Source: a virus. Taken from it: a stretch of 64,000 nucleotides of DNA. The stretch's first letter is position 1; every line of letters begins with the position of its first letter. Below the pieces are notes generated by a model. It was not told the DNA's origin and searched no databases. It saw only the letters and a program-made list of their open reading frames with translations. The stretch is from positions 1-64,000 of IMG/VR virus record IMGVR_UViG_3300005827_000047, one strand, 5' to 3'. The position numbers and the translations under genes were made by a program. Shown piece after piece: positions 18,970 to 29,105 of this stretch.

Positions 18970-20258
18970 TGAGTGCAATATTTCAAACTGAAGAGTATAC
19001 AATAGCTAATAATACTTCTCTTACTTTAGATGTAGATAACAATATTAGCTATTATGTTTTTAAAGGTACTGCTACTTTAAGTACCGGTAACTATTCTGTA
19101 AATACAGGTAGTGCTGCTACTAATGGTAAAGTATTCTTTATCTGGTATAAAGCTAGGGCTACTTATCAAGGATATTCTGTTAACTTCTTTGGTACAGTTT
19201 TAACTCAAGAGTTAGCTTTATCTGATCAACTTATAATGGTTAAAGGTAATGGTACAGATTTCGATTTAGTCTTTTTAAAAGACTTTACTGATTTCTATAC
19301 AGGTTACAAAGGAGTAGGTACATATAGTGCAGTTCTAGGCGGAGATACTAAAACTCTAAATCCTAAAGTAGATAAGCAAGCACTCTTAATAACAGGAAAT
19401 GGTACTCTATTAGGAAGTACTACAATAGACTCTACAAGTGAAGTAGAAGGAGACCAATTTCTTATTATCTATAATGCTACTCTTACTCTTAACTCTAATA
19501 ACTTTACTATATTAGGATTAAGCTTAACAGAACAAGAAGCTTTATCCGGAGATCTTTCTATACTAGCAACTTATGATGGATCTACTTGGAAAACTTCTCT
19601 AATGTCTGGACAAGGATTATCTCCTTCTAAAGCTACTCAAGCTCAAGCTGAAACTGGTTCAGATAATACTACTTATATGACTCCTTTGACTACTTCTCAG
19701 AAGTTAGCTCATTGGTTACTAAACTCTAATAAGACTACTTCAGTTCAATGGACATTTTCTAATGCAACTCCTATAACTTTATCTGCTTTAACTGCTAACT
19801 ATGCTTTAGAACTAAATGGATCTAAGCAAGTAGTATCTGTAGCTAAGAATACCGGTTATAACCTTAATCTAGGTACTTCGGGAGGCACTATAATGGAAGG
19901 TAATGATACTAGAGTTATAAATGGACAATTTGAATTTTGGGTATCTTTTGAATCTGGAGAAAAGGGAACTATTTCCTTTGATATGATTCATGGACTTACT
20001 TTAACTTCTGCTTATATAAGAGTTACCGGAGATTTAGCAGCAACAGATCAAGGTACTATAACTATTACTAATGGAGGATCTGCCATAACAGGAGGTACTC
20101 AGAATATACCTGCAAGTACTCCTTTTGGAACAGATTATTCTATAGTATTATCCGGAGCAACTGCTATATTTAATGTAGGAGATAATCTAAGAGTTACTAC
20201 TTCTAAAATAACAAGTGGAGGTAGAGCTTTAGTTGTACTTTATTATACATTAAGCTAA
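18969..20258 (+). CDS. hypothetical tail fibre-like protein
   Basis: 429 aa, Thr/Ser/Gly/Asn-rich beta composition. Coupled to the collagen-like gene (ATG overlaps its stop). Confidence 0.4.
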   Translation: MSAIFQTEEYTIANNTSLTLDVDNNISYYVFKGTATLSTGNYSVNTGSAATNGKVFFIWYKARATYQGYSVNFFGTVLTQELALSDQLIMVKGNGTDFDLVFLKDFTDFYTGYKGVGTYSAVLGGDTKTLNPKVDKQALLITGNGTLLGSTTIDSTSEVEGDQFLIIYNATLTLNSNNFTILGLSLTEQEALSGDLSILATYDGSTWKTSLMSGQGLSPSKATQAQAETGSDNTTYMTPLTTSQKLAHWLLNSNKTTSVQWTFSNATPITLSALTANYALELNGSKQVVSVAKNTGYNLNLGTSGGTIMEGNDTRVINGQFEFWVSFESGEKGTISFDMIHGLTLTSAYIRVTGDLAATDQGTITITNGGSAITGGTQNIPASTPFGTDYSIVLSGATAIFNVGDNLRVTTSKITSGGRALVVLYYTLS

Positions 20259-20515
20259 TGACTAAGCAAGAGATAGAGAACTATATAGTTTATGCTCAAG
20301 ATAAACTAGCTACTAAATGGGCTACTTATACTACAGATCTATCTAATGGTAAATCTAGAAAGTATCCTAATATAGAGCTTATATTCTCTATGGTTTTCTT
20401 AGAAGCTATATTTGAATATGAGCCTGATGAGAATAGTCCTAATTTTGAGACTAATTGCTTATCAGAAGATCAATTTTGTAAAGTAATAGCCTATATCCAA
20501 AAAGTAATAAGATGA
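20258..20515 (+). CDS. hypothetical protein
   Basis: 85-aa ORF coupled to its neighbours. Confidence 0.4.
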   Translation: MTKQEIENYIVYAQDKLATKWATYTTDLSNGKSRKYPNIELIFSMVFLEAIFEYEPDENSPNFETNCLSEDQFCKVIAYIQKVIR

Positions 20516-20793
20516 ACATAGAGGATAAACTAGCTTCTTTAGAAGATAAAGTACATAAACTTACTTCATCTATAGATGAGTTAAGTGATGCTCTTACCGG
20601 TAATAAACTTACTAAGGATAAAGGTCTTATAGATAGAATTATATTGCTTGAGAGCTTTGTAGATAAGTTTAATAAGAAGAAGATGTATTGGCTAGGTTAT
20701 GTTAGTGCAATAACTTTTATTATTGGATTTATCATAGCTTTAGTTAAATTTGGATTTTGGATTGCTGAGGGAATCAACAATCTCAAACCTTAA
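20512..20793 (+). CDS. coiled-coil protein with C-terminal membrane anchor
   Basis: 93 aa. N-terminal heptads 'LASLEDKVHKLTSSIDELSDAL'. C-terminal hydrophobic stretch 'YWLGYVSAITFIIGFIIALVKFGFWI'. Confidence 0.4.
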   Translation: MNIEDKLASLEDKVHKLTSSIDELSDALTGNKLTKDKGLIDRIILLESFVDKFNKKKMYWLGYVSAITFIIGFIIALVKFGFWIAEGINNLKP

Positions 20794-20802
20794 ATTATCT
20801 AT

Positions 20803-21936
20803 ATGAAGAAAGCTATCGTATTGGAATACTTAGATAAGTATCCAGAATCAGGAAGTATTACTTTATCTAAAAAGATACTTGAAGAAAGAGGAGTAAAGAT
20901 CAACTCAAGAACTATAAGGAGATACAGAGAACTAAGAGATGAAAGATCTTCTAACTTAAACTCAATAATTAAAGATTACAATATCTCCCCTAGAGATATT
21001 ACAGTAAATGAGTGGACAGTAACTTCCTTTAAAAATGGTAAACCTGTTACTGCTACAAATACTCAGATTAAAGTTAAAGGTAACGTAACTAAAGAGTTTA
21101 ACTTTGAAGATCATCTAAAAAAATATCAAGCTCCTAAATCTAAAGCTTTCTATCATCCAACTTCTAATATAGCTGTTATAAATATCTATGATGCACACAT
21201 AGATAAGTTGGCTTTTACTTCTTCTAACTCTATAGAAGATAACTTAAACAGCTTTATAGAAAGCTTTAATAATCTACTTAACTCTACTTTATGGTATAAT
21301 CCTGAGACTATAGTATTTCCTGTGGGATCAGATTTCTTTAACTCTAATGGATTATCTTCTTTAACTAAAAAAGGTACTCCACAAGATAACTCAGTTAAAC
21401 CCCATATAGCTTTTGATCTAGGATTAACTGCTATAAGGAAGTGCATAGATCTTGCTAAGTTATCTACTAATATCTATATCCCTATTATCCAAGGTAATCA
21501 TGATGAAGATACTTGCTTTTACTTAGGTAAATGCTTAGAGTTTATCTATGAGTTTGATGATAGAGTACAAATAGATAGTACTTATACTAAGAGGAAATAC
21601 TTTAGCTATAATGATATTTTAATAGGATTTGCACATGGATCTATAGAGAAGAAAATGATAGATAAGTTACCTTTAGTTATGGCAGAAGAACAGAAAGCTT
21701 TATGGGCATCCTCTTCCCACAGATTTTGGTATCTTGGAGATATCCATCATAAGCAAGAATATAAGTTCTTAAGATCTAAAGATTATGTTGGATGTGAAGT
21801 AAACTTCTTAAGATCTATATCTGAATTAGATCAATGGCATCATGATTCCGGATATATAGGAATACCTAAAAGTGCAGAAGCTTCTATATTCTCTACTAAT
21901 AAAGGAGAAGTAGCAAAGTTTAAAGTTAATCTTTAA
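20803..21936 (+). CDS. calcineurin-like metallophosphoesterase
   Basis: Ordered motif set: 'IYDAHID' (DxH), 'GSDFFN' (GD), 'QGNHDE' (GNHD/E, 21493-21507), 'GFAHGS' and 'LGDIHH'. An N-terminal region of about 60 aa looks like a helix-turn-helix. Confidence 0.65.
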   Translation: MKKAIVLEYLDKYPESGSITLSKKILEERGVKINSRTIRRYRELRDERSSNLNSIIKDYNISPRDITVNEWTVTSFKNGKPVTATNTQIKVKGNVTKEFNFEDHLKKYQAPKSKAFYHPTSNIAVINIYDAHIDKLAFTSSNSIEDNLNSFIESFNNLLNSTLWYNPETIVFPVGSDFFNSNGLSSLTKKGTPQDNSVKPHIAFDLGLTAIRKCIDLAKLSTNIYIPIIQGNHDEDTCFYLGKCLEFIYEFDDRVQIDSTYTKRKYFSYNDILIGFAHGSIEKKMIDKLPLVMAEEQKALWASSSHRFWYLGDIHHKQEYKFLRSKDYVGCEVNFLRSISELDQWHHDSGYIGIPKSAEASIFSTNKGEVAKFKVNL

Positions 21937-21941
21937 CTTTG
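21934..21941 (+). promoter_or_regulatory. Bacteroidota-type -7 promoter box (TAnnTTTG)
   Basis: 'TAACTTTG' overlapping the stop of the phosphoesterase gene, 4 nt upstream of the ATG at 21946. Confidence 0.35.
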
Positions 21942-21945
21942 TAAT

Positions 21946-22230
21946 ATGTTCACAAAAGAATATACTATTCCTTTTTGCAAAGGATACATAAACTTAAAGT
22001 GCTCTAAAAAGGAGTATAATAAACTAGTTATACTATTTCCTCTTATAGAATATAATGGTAAAGACTATTATGATCTATTAATAGATAGAGGAACTATAAA
22101 CTTTTCAGAAGATCTTCATAAAGAAGTACTAGAACTACTTAATGAAAATAATAAAATAGGATTTAGATATGGAAGTAATATTAAGAAGCGGACAAGTAAT
22201 AAGTCTAAAGGACTACCAAAAGGTAAATAA
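21946..22230 (+). CDS. hypothetical protein
   Basis: 94-aa ORF with a basic C-terminus. Overlaps the endolysin start by 62 nt. Confidence 0.35.
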   Translation: MFTKEYTIPFCKGYINLKCSKKEYNKLVILFPLIEYNGKDYYDLLIDRGTINFSEDLHKEVLELLNENNKIGFRYGSNIKKRTSNKSKGLPKGK

Positions 22231-22684
22231 GTTAGACTCTACTAAACTATCTGATAATTTTAGTGTATCAGAATTTGACTGCAATGGAGAACTAGTAATA
22301 GCAGAACCTCTTATACATTTTTTAGAGCTATTTAGAGCTACTATTAAAAGACCTGTTAAGATAAACTCTGGATATAGAACCAAAGATTATCAGGAAGATC
22401 TAAAAAAGACTAATAAAGGAGCTGCTACTAACTCTCCTCATACTGTTGGAATGGCAGCAGATATAGATACTTATACTAGAAAAGAAAGTGAAGAGTTTGC
22501 TAAGATTATCTTGGATTTAGCCTCTAAACATTCTTATGATGTAAGAGTAGGTTGGAAACAATACTCAAGACTTGGAAGTACTTTTGTGCATATAGATATA
22601 TGTCCTATGTACTATGGAGAAGGTAAGCCTTATGCAAAAGATAAGGTAGCTGATGCTTGGAGAATAAAAAACTTAGTGTGGTAA
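22169..22684 (+). CDS. peptidase M15-family (D-Ala-D-Ala carboxypeptidase-like) endolysin
   Basis: 'LSDNFSVSEFDC', 'SGYRTKDYQ', zinc ligands 'SPHTVGMAADI' (H-x6-D) and 'FVHIDI'. Confidence 0.75.
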   Translation: MEVILRSGQVISLKDYQKVNKLDSTKLSDNFSVSEFDCNGELVIAEPLIHFLELFRATIKRPVKINSGYRTKDYQEDLKKTNKGAATNSPHTVGMAADIDTYTRKESEEFAKIILDLASKHSYDVRVGWKQYSRLGSTFVHIDICPMYYGEGKPYAKDKVADAWRIKNLVW

Positions 22685-22689
22685 TTAAG

Positions 22690-23127
22690 ATGAAGAATAT
22701 AAAAATAGTGTACCTGATAGCAATACTTCTATTAACTAGTTGTTCTGCTGATTATCATTTAAAGAAAGCTTTAGCTAAAGATCCCTCTATTAGAACTACT
22801 AAAGAAGTAGTTATCAATAAAGTGCATCAATTTACTGATACTATATTAATAGCAGAAGGCATAGATACAGTAATAAAGATGGATACTTTTAAGTTTGAAT
22901 CCATTAGAACAATAGTAAAAAGAGAAGGTTTACAAACTAAGATTATAGAGAAACCTTTTACTGTTATAGAAAGGGATACCATCCATTTAATAGATACAGT
23001 AACTATAGTAGAACATAAAGCTACTAAAGGAAGAAAAGGAATAAGTTGGGTAGAGTTACTATTTTACTTCGTTCTTTTACTAATTGTAATAACTTTACTT
23101 AGATCACTAAAAAATGGCAACTCTTAA
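22690..23127 (+). CDS. unimolecular spanin candidate (N-terminal lipoprotein, C-terminal TMD)
   Basis: Starting at MKNIK: signal plus lipobox 'LLLTSC' and a C-terminal TMD 'WVELLFYFVLLLIVITLL'. Lies immediately downstream of the endolysin. The track ORF begins at 22657, but 22690 is the likelier start. Confidence 0.5.
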   Translation: MKNIKIVYLIAILLLTSCSADYHLKKALAKDPSIRTTKEVVINKVHQFTDTILIAEGIDTVIKMDTFKFESIRTIVKREGLQTKIIEKPFTVIERDTIHLIDTVTIVEHKATKGRKGISWVELLFYFVLLLIVITLLRSLKNGNS

Positions 23128-23785
23128 GCAAATAGTTGATGATATACTTACTACTTGGGAAGGAGGTAGAAGAAGCTCTAATGGATTACCTGATAGGCAA
23201 TATATTGTATTTAAGATACTTGAATATAGAGCTTTTTATATTAGGAGAGATGTAGAAAAAAACTCCTTTATTTCTAATCAAGTAGAGCAAGATTTAGGAT
23301 GCTTAGACTTAGAAGATGTAGATGCAGCAGAATGTTGTGAAGTAGAATTAGGATGTTCAGTAAAAAGAACAATAGATATTATCCCTACTACTTTAAGATT
23401 TAACTATAAAGATGCTATAACTTATGTAGGATCTATAGATAAGACTACTAGCTTTAAGATTATAAGACCTTATGATGCTAGATGGGCTAAGTTCAATAAG
23501 TTTACTAATAAGGGAAATAGAGCTTATCTATTGAATAATAGACTCTATGTTATCTCCGGTAATCCTCTACTAGATAAAATTAATGTTAGAGGAGTATTCT
23601 ATGATCCTAGAGATGTTAGACCCTTTATATGTGATGGAGAACCTTGTTATACTGATAATAGTACTTTTCCTATAGGAACAGATATGATTCAAAGTATAAT
23701 AACAGAAATAGTATCTAAAGATCTTAGACTAGGAATCAATGATACTACTAATAATATGGTAGATGATAAAACTATAAGGACATGA
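23114..23785 (+). CDS. hypothetical virion-block protein
   Basis: 223-aa ORF coupled to its neighbours. No diagnostic motif. Confidence 0.4.
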   Translation: MATLKQIVDDILTTWEGGRRSSNGLPDRQYIVFKILEYRAFYIRRDVEKNSFISNQVEQDLGCLDLEDVDAAECCEVELGCSVKRTIDIIPTTLRFNYKDAITYVGSIDKTTSFKIIRPYDARWAKFNKFTNKGNRAYLLNNRLYVISGNPLLDKINVRGVFYDPRDVRPFICDGEPCYTDNSTFPIGTDMIQSIITEIVSKDLRLGINDTTNNMVDDKTIRT

Positions 23786-24231
23786 AAAATATAGAAAGAT
23801 CCGGTAATACTTTAGAAGCTTATAAGTTCTATAAAAGTAAAGGAGGTACTTACTCTTTAGAAGACTATAATAAGGTTATAGTATACTTTAATAAAGCTGT
23901 AATCAAAGAGATTATATTCAAAGGTAGAGTACTTGTATTACCTAAAGGTATGGGTAAACTATGTGCAGCTGCTATATATAGAAACTTTAATAAGAATATA
24001 GTTAACTGGCATGAAACTATGAAGAACTATAAGCAAGGAATTAAGCAGATGGTTTACTATACAGATGCTTATTCTATAAAGTTTTACTTCATGAAAGGAT
24101 TATTTGTTAATAAGAGCTTCTATAAGTTTAAACCTACTAAAGGAGTAAATGGAAATATAAAGAAGCTCATAGAGGCTAATAAGCAAGATCCTCTTCTTTA
24201 TAAAAGTTATATGCAAATCAATAAAGACTAA
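23782..24231 (+). CDS. hypothetical virion-block protein
   Basis: 149-aa basic ORF with 4-nt overlaps at both ends. Confidence 0.4.
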   Translation: MKNIERSGNTLEAYKFYKSKGGTYSLEDYNKVIVYFNKAVIKEIIFKGRVLVLPKGMGKLCAAAIYRNFNKNIVNWHETMKNYKQGIKQMVYYTDAYSIKFYFMKGLFVNKSFYKFKPTKGVNGNIKKLIEANKQDPLLYKSYMQINKD

Positions 24232-25055
24232 TGATTTACAAAACTATATCCAGTAAATATATTATCTCTAAGATACTCAGAGATGTTAACCCTCAGAATG
24301 ATAACTTTATAGTAGATGCTTTTGAGTGGATAGGAGAAGCTTTAGAGTTTGTAGGATCTGTTCCTCAATATACTTTAAAGACAGCTAAAATAGATATAGA
24401 AGGTCATAAGGCTATGTTACCTTGTGATCTTTATCTTATTGAGCAAGTAAGCTATAAAGGATATCCTTTAAGATATGGAAGTCAAAGTTATCCCTTTGGT
24501 CTCCATTGCTCTGATTGCATATCTACTCCTCAATCTAGTGCTACTTTAACTCCTCATTTTATTTGGGTAACTAATCCTAATGCAGTTCCTACAGATGTTG
24601 AGAATAACTTTCAACCTTTACAAATAGGATTTGATGGGAGGTTCTCAGATGAAGTTTACTATATAGATAATAATTGGATAAAGACTTCTTTTGAAGAAGG
24701 AGAAATATGTATATTTTATAGAGGATTTGTAACTGATGAAGATGGATATCCTGAAGTACCTGATTATGTGCAATTCAAAGAAGCACTATATTGGTTCTGT
24801 AGGATGAAGATGATAGGTGCAGGATTTAATGATCCTGTATTTAATTATAAAGATGCAGAAGATAGATGGTTAAAGTATTGTTCTCAAGCAAGAGCTAAAG
24901 CTAATATTCCTTCTATTCAACAGATGGAGAATATCAAAGATAGGTGGGTTAGGCTTATACCTCAATTAAATACGGATAAAAACTTCTTTAGAGAGCTTGG
25001 AACTGAAGAAACATTAAGTAGGAATTACACTTACAGAAGTTGGTACAGTAGATGA
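24231..25055 (+). CDS. hypothetical virion-block protein
   Basis: 274-aa ORF coupled to the 1339-aa gene. Confidence 0.4.
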   Translation: MIYKTISSKYIISKILRDVNPQNDNFIVDAFEWIGEALEFVGSVPQYTLKTAKIDIEGHKAMLPCDLYLIEQVSYKGYPLRYGSQSYPFGLHCSDCISTPQSSATLTPHFIWVTNPNAVPTDVENNFQPLQIGFDGRFSDEVYYIDNNWIKTSFEEGEICIFYRGFVTDEDGYPEVPDYVQFKEALYWFCRMKMIGAGFNDPVFNYKDAEDRWLKYCSQARAKANIPSIQQMENIKDRWVRLIPQLNTDKNFFRELGTEETLSRNYTYRSWYSR

Positions 25056-28000
25056 AAAAGGGACTTTATAAAGATACTACTTCAGAAAATCAACCTGAAG
25101 GTACTACTAGTTATATGATTAACTGGAATCATAATAAGACTTTGGGATCTATAACTGTAGAAGAAGGTATGTTCTTAAATAACATACTTAATGAGGATTT
25201 CGTACCTATAGGTAAAATAGTACTAGATGCAGAAAGAGCAGTTATTTTTTCAAGAAGTATCTATGATAATGCTGGTCCTACTAGTGAAATAGGTATAGTA
25301 GATAAGCAATCTTATTCTGTACTTATTAGGGACTCCCTACTTAACTTTCAACTAACTAATCAAGTAACCGGTACTTTTAAAGTAAATATAAGAGGAGAAG
25401 AGATTATCTACTTTACAGATAATCTTAATTCTATAAGATACCTTAATCTAGTTACTCTGAATAATGCAGTTAACACTATTAACAATACTATAACTGATTT
25501 AGATGCACTTAGGTTATTTCCTAGTTTTCAAGCCGGTACAATAAATCTTGTATCTGTTAATGATGTAGGAGGAAGTTTAAAATCAGGAGTATATTATGTA
25601 AGTTATGCTTATTTAGATGCTAATAATAATGTTACTAACTTTCTAAATGTATCCGGTCAAATAACTGTAACTAATAAAAGTAAAGGTACAGCTAGTCAAA
25701 ATGCAGCTTACTCTATTTATGATGGAGTATCTGCTAATACTACTACAACTAAATCTTTTACTGTAGAAATAAACGGATTAGATAGCTCTTATCAAACTAT
25801 AAGAGTAGCTGTTATAACTGTTATAAATCAAACCCCATCAGTAAGTTATACAGATTTTCCTGTAAATAACGGATCAGTAAGATTTACTTTCACAGGTAAT
25901 GAAACAGTTACTATAGGAAGTATAGATGATATATTAGTAGATAGACCTACTTATAGAACCGGTAAAGATATAACCCAATATAATTCACAACTCTATATAG
26001 CTAATTTAACTGGCCAAAAGGATTTAGGTTATCAGAAATATGCTAATAACATTAAAGTAAACTATGTAACAAAGTTTGTACCTCTTCAAGTATTTAGAGA
26101 AGATAATACTCAAGTAGCTAATACAGATAAAGATGAAGTAGTTATCTATGATCAATTAGGATTTATGGATGATGAAGTATATGCTTTATATCTAGCTTTC
26201 TTTTTAAAAGATGGAAGTTGGTCTAAAGCTTACCATATTCCAGGTAGAGAAGCATCTATTATAGATCAATCTATGCACGGATTAGGGAATATCTCTAATG
26301 AAACTGATACAGTAGCTCAAGTTATAGCTAATGAACAATTACCCGGAGGTAACTATGGAAACCCTTCTGTAAAGAGTTATTTAGATGGAGGCAACTATAT
26401 TTCAGGAAGTATTCAATCTAAGTTCTATCAAGTATATAATACCTCAACAGGAGGATCAGGTAGAATGGGATTTTGGCAGAATGAAAATGAGTTATATCCG
26501 GATAATGAAGATTGGGATATATTCAACTCTTCTGGTCAAATAGGATCTTTAAGAAATACAAATGTTAGGCATCATAGGTTTCCTAATCCTGCTAACACAT
26601 ATAGAGATAAAGTATATTATGCACAGACTGGTCCTAATACAGCTACGGGGAGTGTGTTGGGAATTAAGTTAAATGATATCTATATACCTGATGAAATTAA
26701 GCAAGATGTGCAAGCTTATGGAATATTTTATGCTCAAAGAAGTGCATCTAATTCCCTAGTACTAGGTCAAGGTAATCCTATCTTTATAAAGAATACTTCA
26801 GGTGGATTCAATAAATGGTCTTCTGATATTAATAGGAAGATTAACTTTTCTGCAACTCATACTTTTGTAGATAACGGATTTACTTTATCCAGCTTTGATA
26901 TCCAAGTAGATACTCAAAGAAGTCCATTAGCTGTATTCATGAAAAATGAATTCAAGAGAACAGGTACTTTGGATATCAATAATTTCACTATTTCAGGTGC
27001 GCCAGTAGAGAGATTTGCAAACTATAATAAAGGACTAATTACCAATAATCAAGTTGTTTTATCGGACTATATAAGGACAATAAAAGCATCTGCACTTATT
27101 CCTCATAATAATGCTACTAATCCTATTACAGGTTTCTCATTTGGATATGATAATACTCTAGGCCAAAGAGTATCTCTATATGAGTTTACTCCTACTAATT
27201 TACCTTTAAGTGCTATTACTAGTGCTAATAGTTTACCTGATGCTAGTTTAGATGTTCCTGGTTATATAACTAATGTATGTGCATATAAGCAAGATATCTA
27301 TAATCAATTTGATCAACAACTACTTTCCTTTACAGGAACACTTATATCAGATTTAGATGCAACTTCATCTATTGATATTTATGGAGGAGATACTTTCTAT
27401 GGATCTTATGGATTCAGAAGTACAGGAAGATATAATACCGGAGCTAATTCTCATTTAAAGGGACTTAACTTCTGCAATATTAAATCCTTCTTTAATCATG
27501 GATATAGGCAAGATGGACCAGATTTAACTACAACTAATGAAGAAGATTTCTACTATCCTAAGCAAACTACTACTCAAGTCTTAGGATTAAGACCTTGGGC
27601 TGAGGAGAAGTTTACTGTTAATAGAGATTACTCTTTAGGTAATTATCTTAATCCGGTATTTCCTAAATCCAAATCCCTAGAATCTAGTATAGAAGACTAT
27701 TCTTGCAGAATAATAAGATCAGAAAAAGATAATCAAGAAAGTCTAACGGATAACTTTAGAACCTTCTTAAGTTTAAATTATAAAGATGTCCCTAGAGATA
27801 AAGGAGCTATATGGAGATTAGAGACTTTTAATAATGTTATGCTTATCCATCATAAGAGAGCTTTAAGGAGAACTATAGGAACAGAAGATATTAAAACCGA
27901 TTCTATATCAGCCACTTTAGGAACTGGAGATATATTCTCTCTTGAACCTAAAGATCTTATTCAGACTAAAGAAGGATATGGAGGTACTCAATCTCAATGG

Positions 28001-29071
28001 AGTTCTATAGTAACTCCTTATGGGTACTTCTTCTTAGATATTTTATCCGGAACTCCTTTACTTCTTTCAGAAGGATTAGAGACTATTAACTACGGTATGC
28101 TTAACTTCTTTAAGGATAATCTGGATCTTACATTACCTAAGATAATGAAGTCTTATGGATTTGATTATACTAATACAGATAATCCTAATAATCCTTATGG
28201 AATAGGTACTAGTTCTTTTTATGATCAAAAGTATAAGAGAATACTCTTTTGCAAAAGAGATTATGAACCTTTAAAAGTAGTTAAGGTTGCTGACTTTACT
28301 GCTCCTTTTGGTACTTATGCTCCTAATGATTTACTATATGGAAATAATAAGTTCTATAAAGTAGAGTTTATCCAAACTAGATTTGTAGATACTTTTAGAC
28401 AGATTATAACAGATACTTTAGGACCTTTCTCTCAAGTACTTACTCAAGTAAGTTTAACGGATAAAGAGTTCTTTAAAGATCTATCTTTTACTTTAAGTTA
28501 CTATCCTGAATATAAGTTTTGGGGAAGCTTCTATGACTTTAAACCTTTATTCATGTACAATGATAATAGTTTTTGTTATAGCTCTATCTATAATCAGATA
28601 TATAGGCATAACTTTGAGAATACCTATTGTAACTTCTATGGAGATACTTATGATTCTGTAGTAGATATAGTTAGTAATGATAACTTAGATCAAAAGACTT
28701 ATGGATCTATTACTTGGGTTACAAGATCAGATCAAGGAGGAGCAGAGATAACACTAGATACTTTCTATAAGGCTATAGTATATAACTCTAATCAATGTTC
28801 AGGAGAAGTACAACTTGTTAACTTAGATTCAATAAGAAGAGCAGAGAATCAATGGAACTTTAATAAGTATAGGGATATCTCTATATCTCCTATATTCTTT
28901 ATAGATGAAGAGTTCCAACCTAACTCTGTAGACCCTAATAGAAGATGGTATCTTAGAAAGAAGTTTCAAGATAGATACTTAATATGTAGGTTATTCTATG
29001 ATAATACTAATCAGAATAAGTTTGTGCTTTTAGATGCTAATTCTGAATACCGTAGAATATCTCCTAGGTAA
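25052..29071 (+). CDS. large tail structural protein (candidate tail hub/muzzle-type protein)
   Basis: 1339 aa with beta-rich composition. The assignment rests on size and on position upstream of the large internal/cargo proteins. Confidence 0.4.
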   Translation: MKKGLYKDTTSENQPEGTTSYMINWNHNKTLGSITVEEGMFLNNILNEDFVPIGKIVLDAERAVIFSRSIYDNAGPTSEIGIVDKQSYSVLIRDSLLNFQLTNQVTGTFKVNIRGEEIIYFTDNLNSIRYLNLVTLNNAVNTINNTITDLDALRLFPSFQAGTINLVSVNDVGGSLKSGVYYVSYAYLDANNNVTNFLNVSGQITVTNKSKGTASQNAAYSIYDGVSANTTTTKSFTVEINGLDSSYQTIRVAVITVINQTPSVSYTDFPVNNGSVRFTFTGNETVTIGSIDDILVDRPTYRTGKDITQYNSQLYIANLTGQKDLGYQKYANNIKVNYVTKFVPLQVFREDNTQVANTDKDEVVIYDQLGFMDDEVYALYLAFFLKDGSWSKAYHIPGREASIIDQSMHGLGNISNETDTVAQVIANEQLPGGNYGNPSVKSYLDGGNYISGSIQSKFYQVYNTSTGGSGRMGFWQNENELYPDNEDWDIFNSSGQIGSLRNTNVRHHRFPNPANTYRDKVYYAQTGPNTATGSVLGIKLNDIYIPDEIKQDVQAYGIFYAQRSASNSLVLGQGNPIFIKNTSGGFNKWSSDINRKINFSATHTFVDNGFTLSSFDIQVDTQRSPLAVFMKNEFKRTGTLDINNFTISGAPVERFANYNKGLITNNQVVLSDYIRTIKASALIPHNNATNPITGFSFGYDNTLGQRVSLYEFTPTNLPLSAITSANSLPDASLDVPGYITNVCAYKQDIYNQFDQQLLSFTGTLISDLDATSSIDIYGGDTFYGSYGFRSTGRYNTGANSHLKGLNFCNIKSFFNHGYRQDGPDLTTTNEEDFYYPKQTTTQVLGLRPWAEEKFTVNRDYSLGNYLNPVFPKSKSLESSIEDYSCRIIRSEKDNQESLTDNFRTFLSLNYKDVPRDKGAIWRLETFNNVMLIHHKRALRRTIGTEDIKTDSISATLGTGDIFSLEPKDLIQTKEGYGGTQSQWSSIVTPYGYFFLDILSGTPLLLSEGLETINYGMLNFFKDNLDLTLPKIMKSYGFDYTNTDNPNNPYGIGTSSFYDQKYKRILFCKRDYEPLKVVKVADFTAPFGTYAPNDLLYGNNKFYKVEFIQTRFVDTFRQIITDTLGPFSQVLTQVSLTDKEFFKDLSFTLSYYPEYKFWGSFYDFKPLFMYNDNSFCYSSIYNQIYRHNFENTYCNFYGDTYDSVVDIVSNDNLDQKTYGSITWVTRSDQGGAEITLDTFYKAIVYNSNQCSGEVQLVNLDSIRRAENQWNFNKYRDISISPIFFIDEEFQPNSVDPNRRWYLRKKFQDRYLICRLFYDNTNQNKFVLLDANSEYRRISPR

Positions 29072-29075
29072 TTAG

Positions 29076-29083
29076 TACCTTTG
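29076..29083 (+). promoter_or_regulatory. Bacteroidota-type -7 promoter box (TAnnTTTG)
   Basis: 'TACCTTTG' in the 34-nt gap, 22 nt upstream of the ATG at 29106. Confidence 0.35.
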
Positions 29084-29105
29084 TATTAACATAACAAATA
29101 AAGTT

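Noticed and set aside
21946-22684. Possible programmed frameshift fusing the 94-aa ORF to the endolysin, given their 62-nt overlap.
   Set aside because: I could see no slippery heptamer or downstream structure in the overlap. The endolysin ORF has its own ATG placed about 26 residues before the conserved 'LSDNFSVSEFDC' start of M15 domains.
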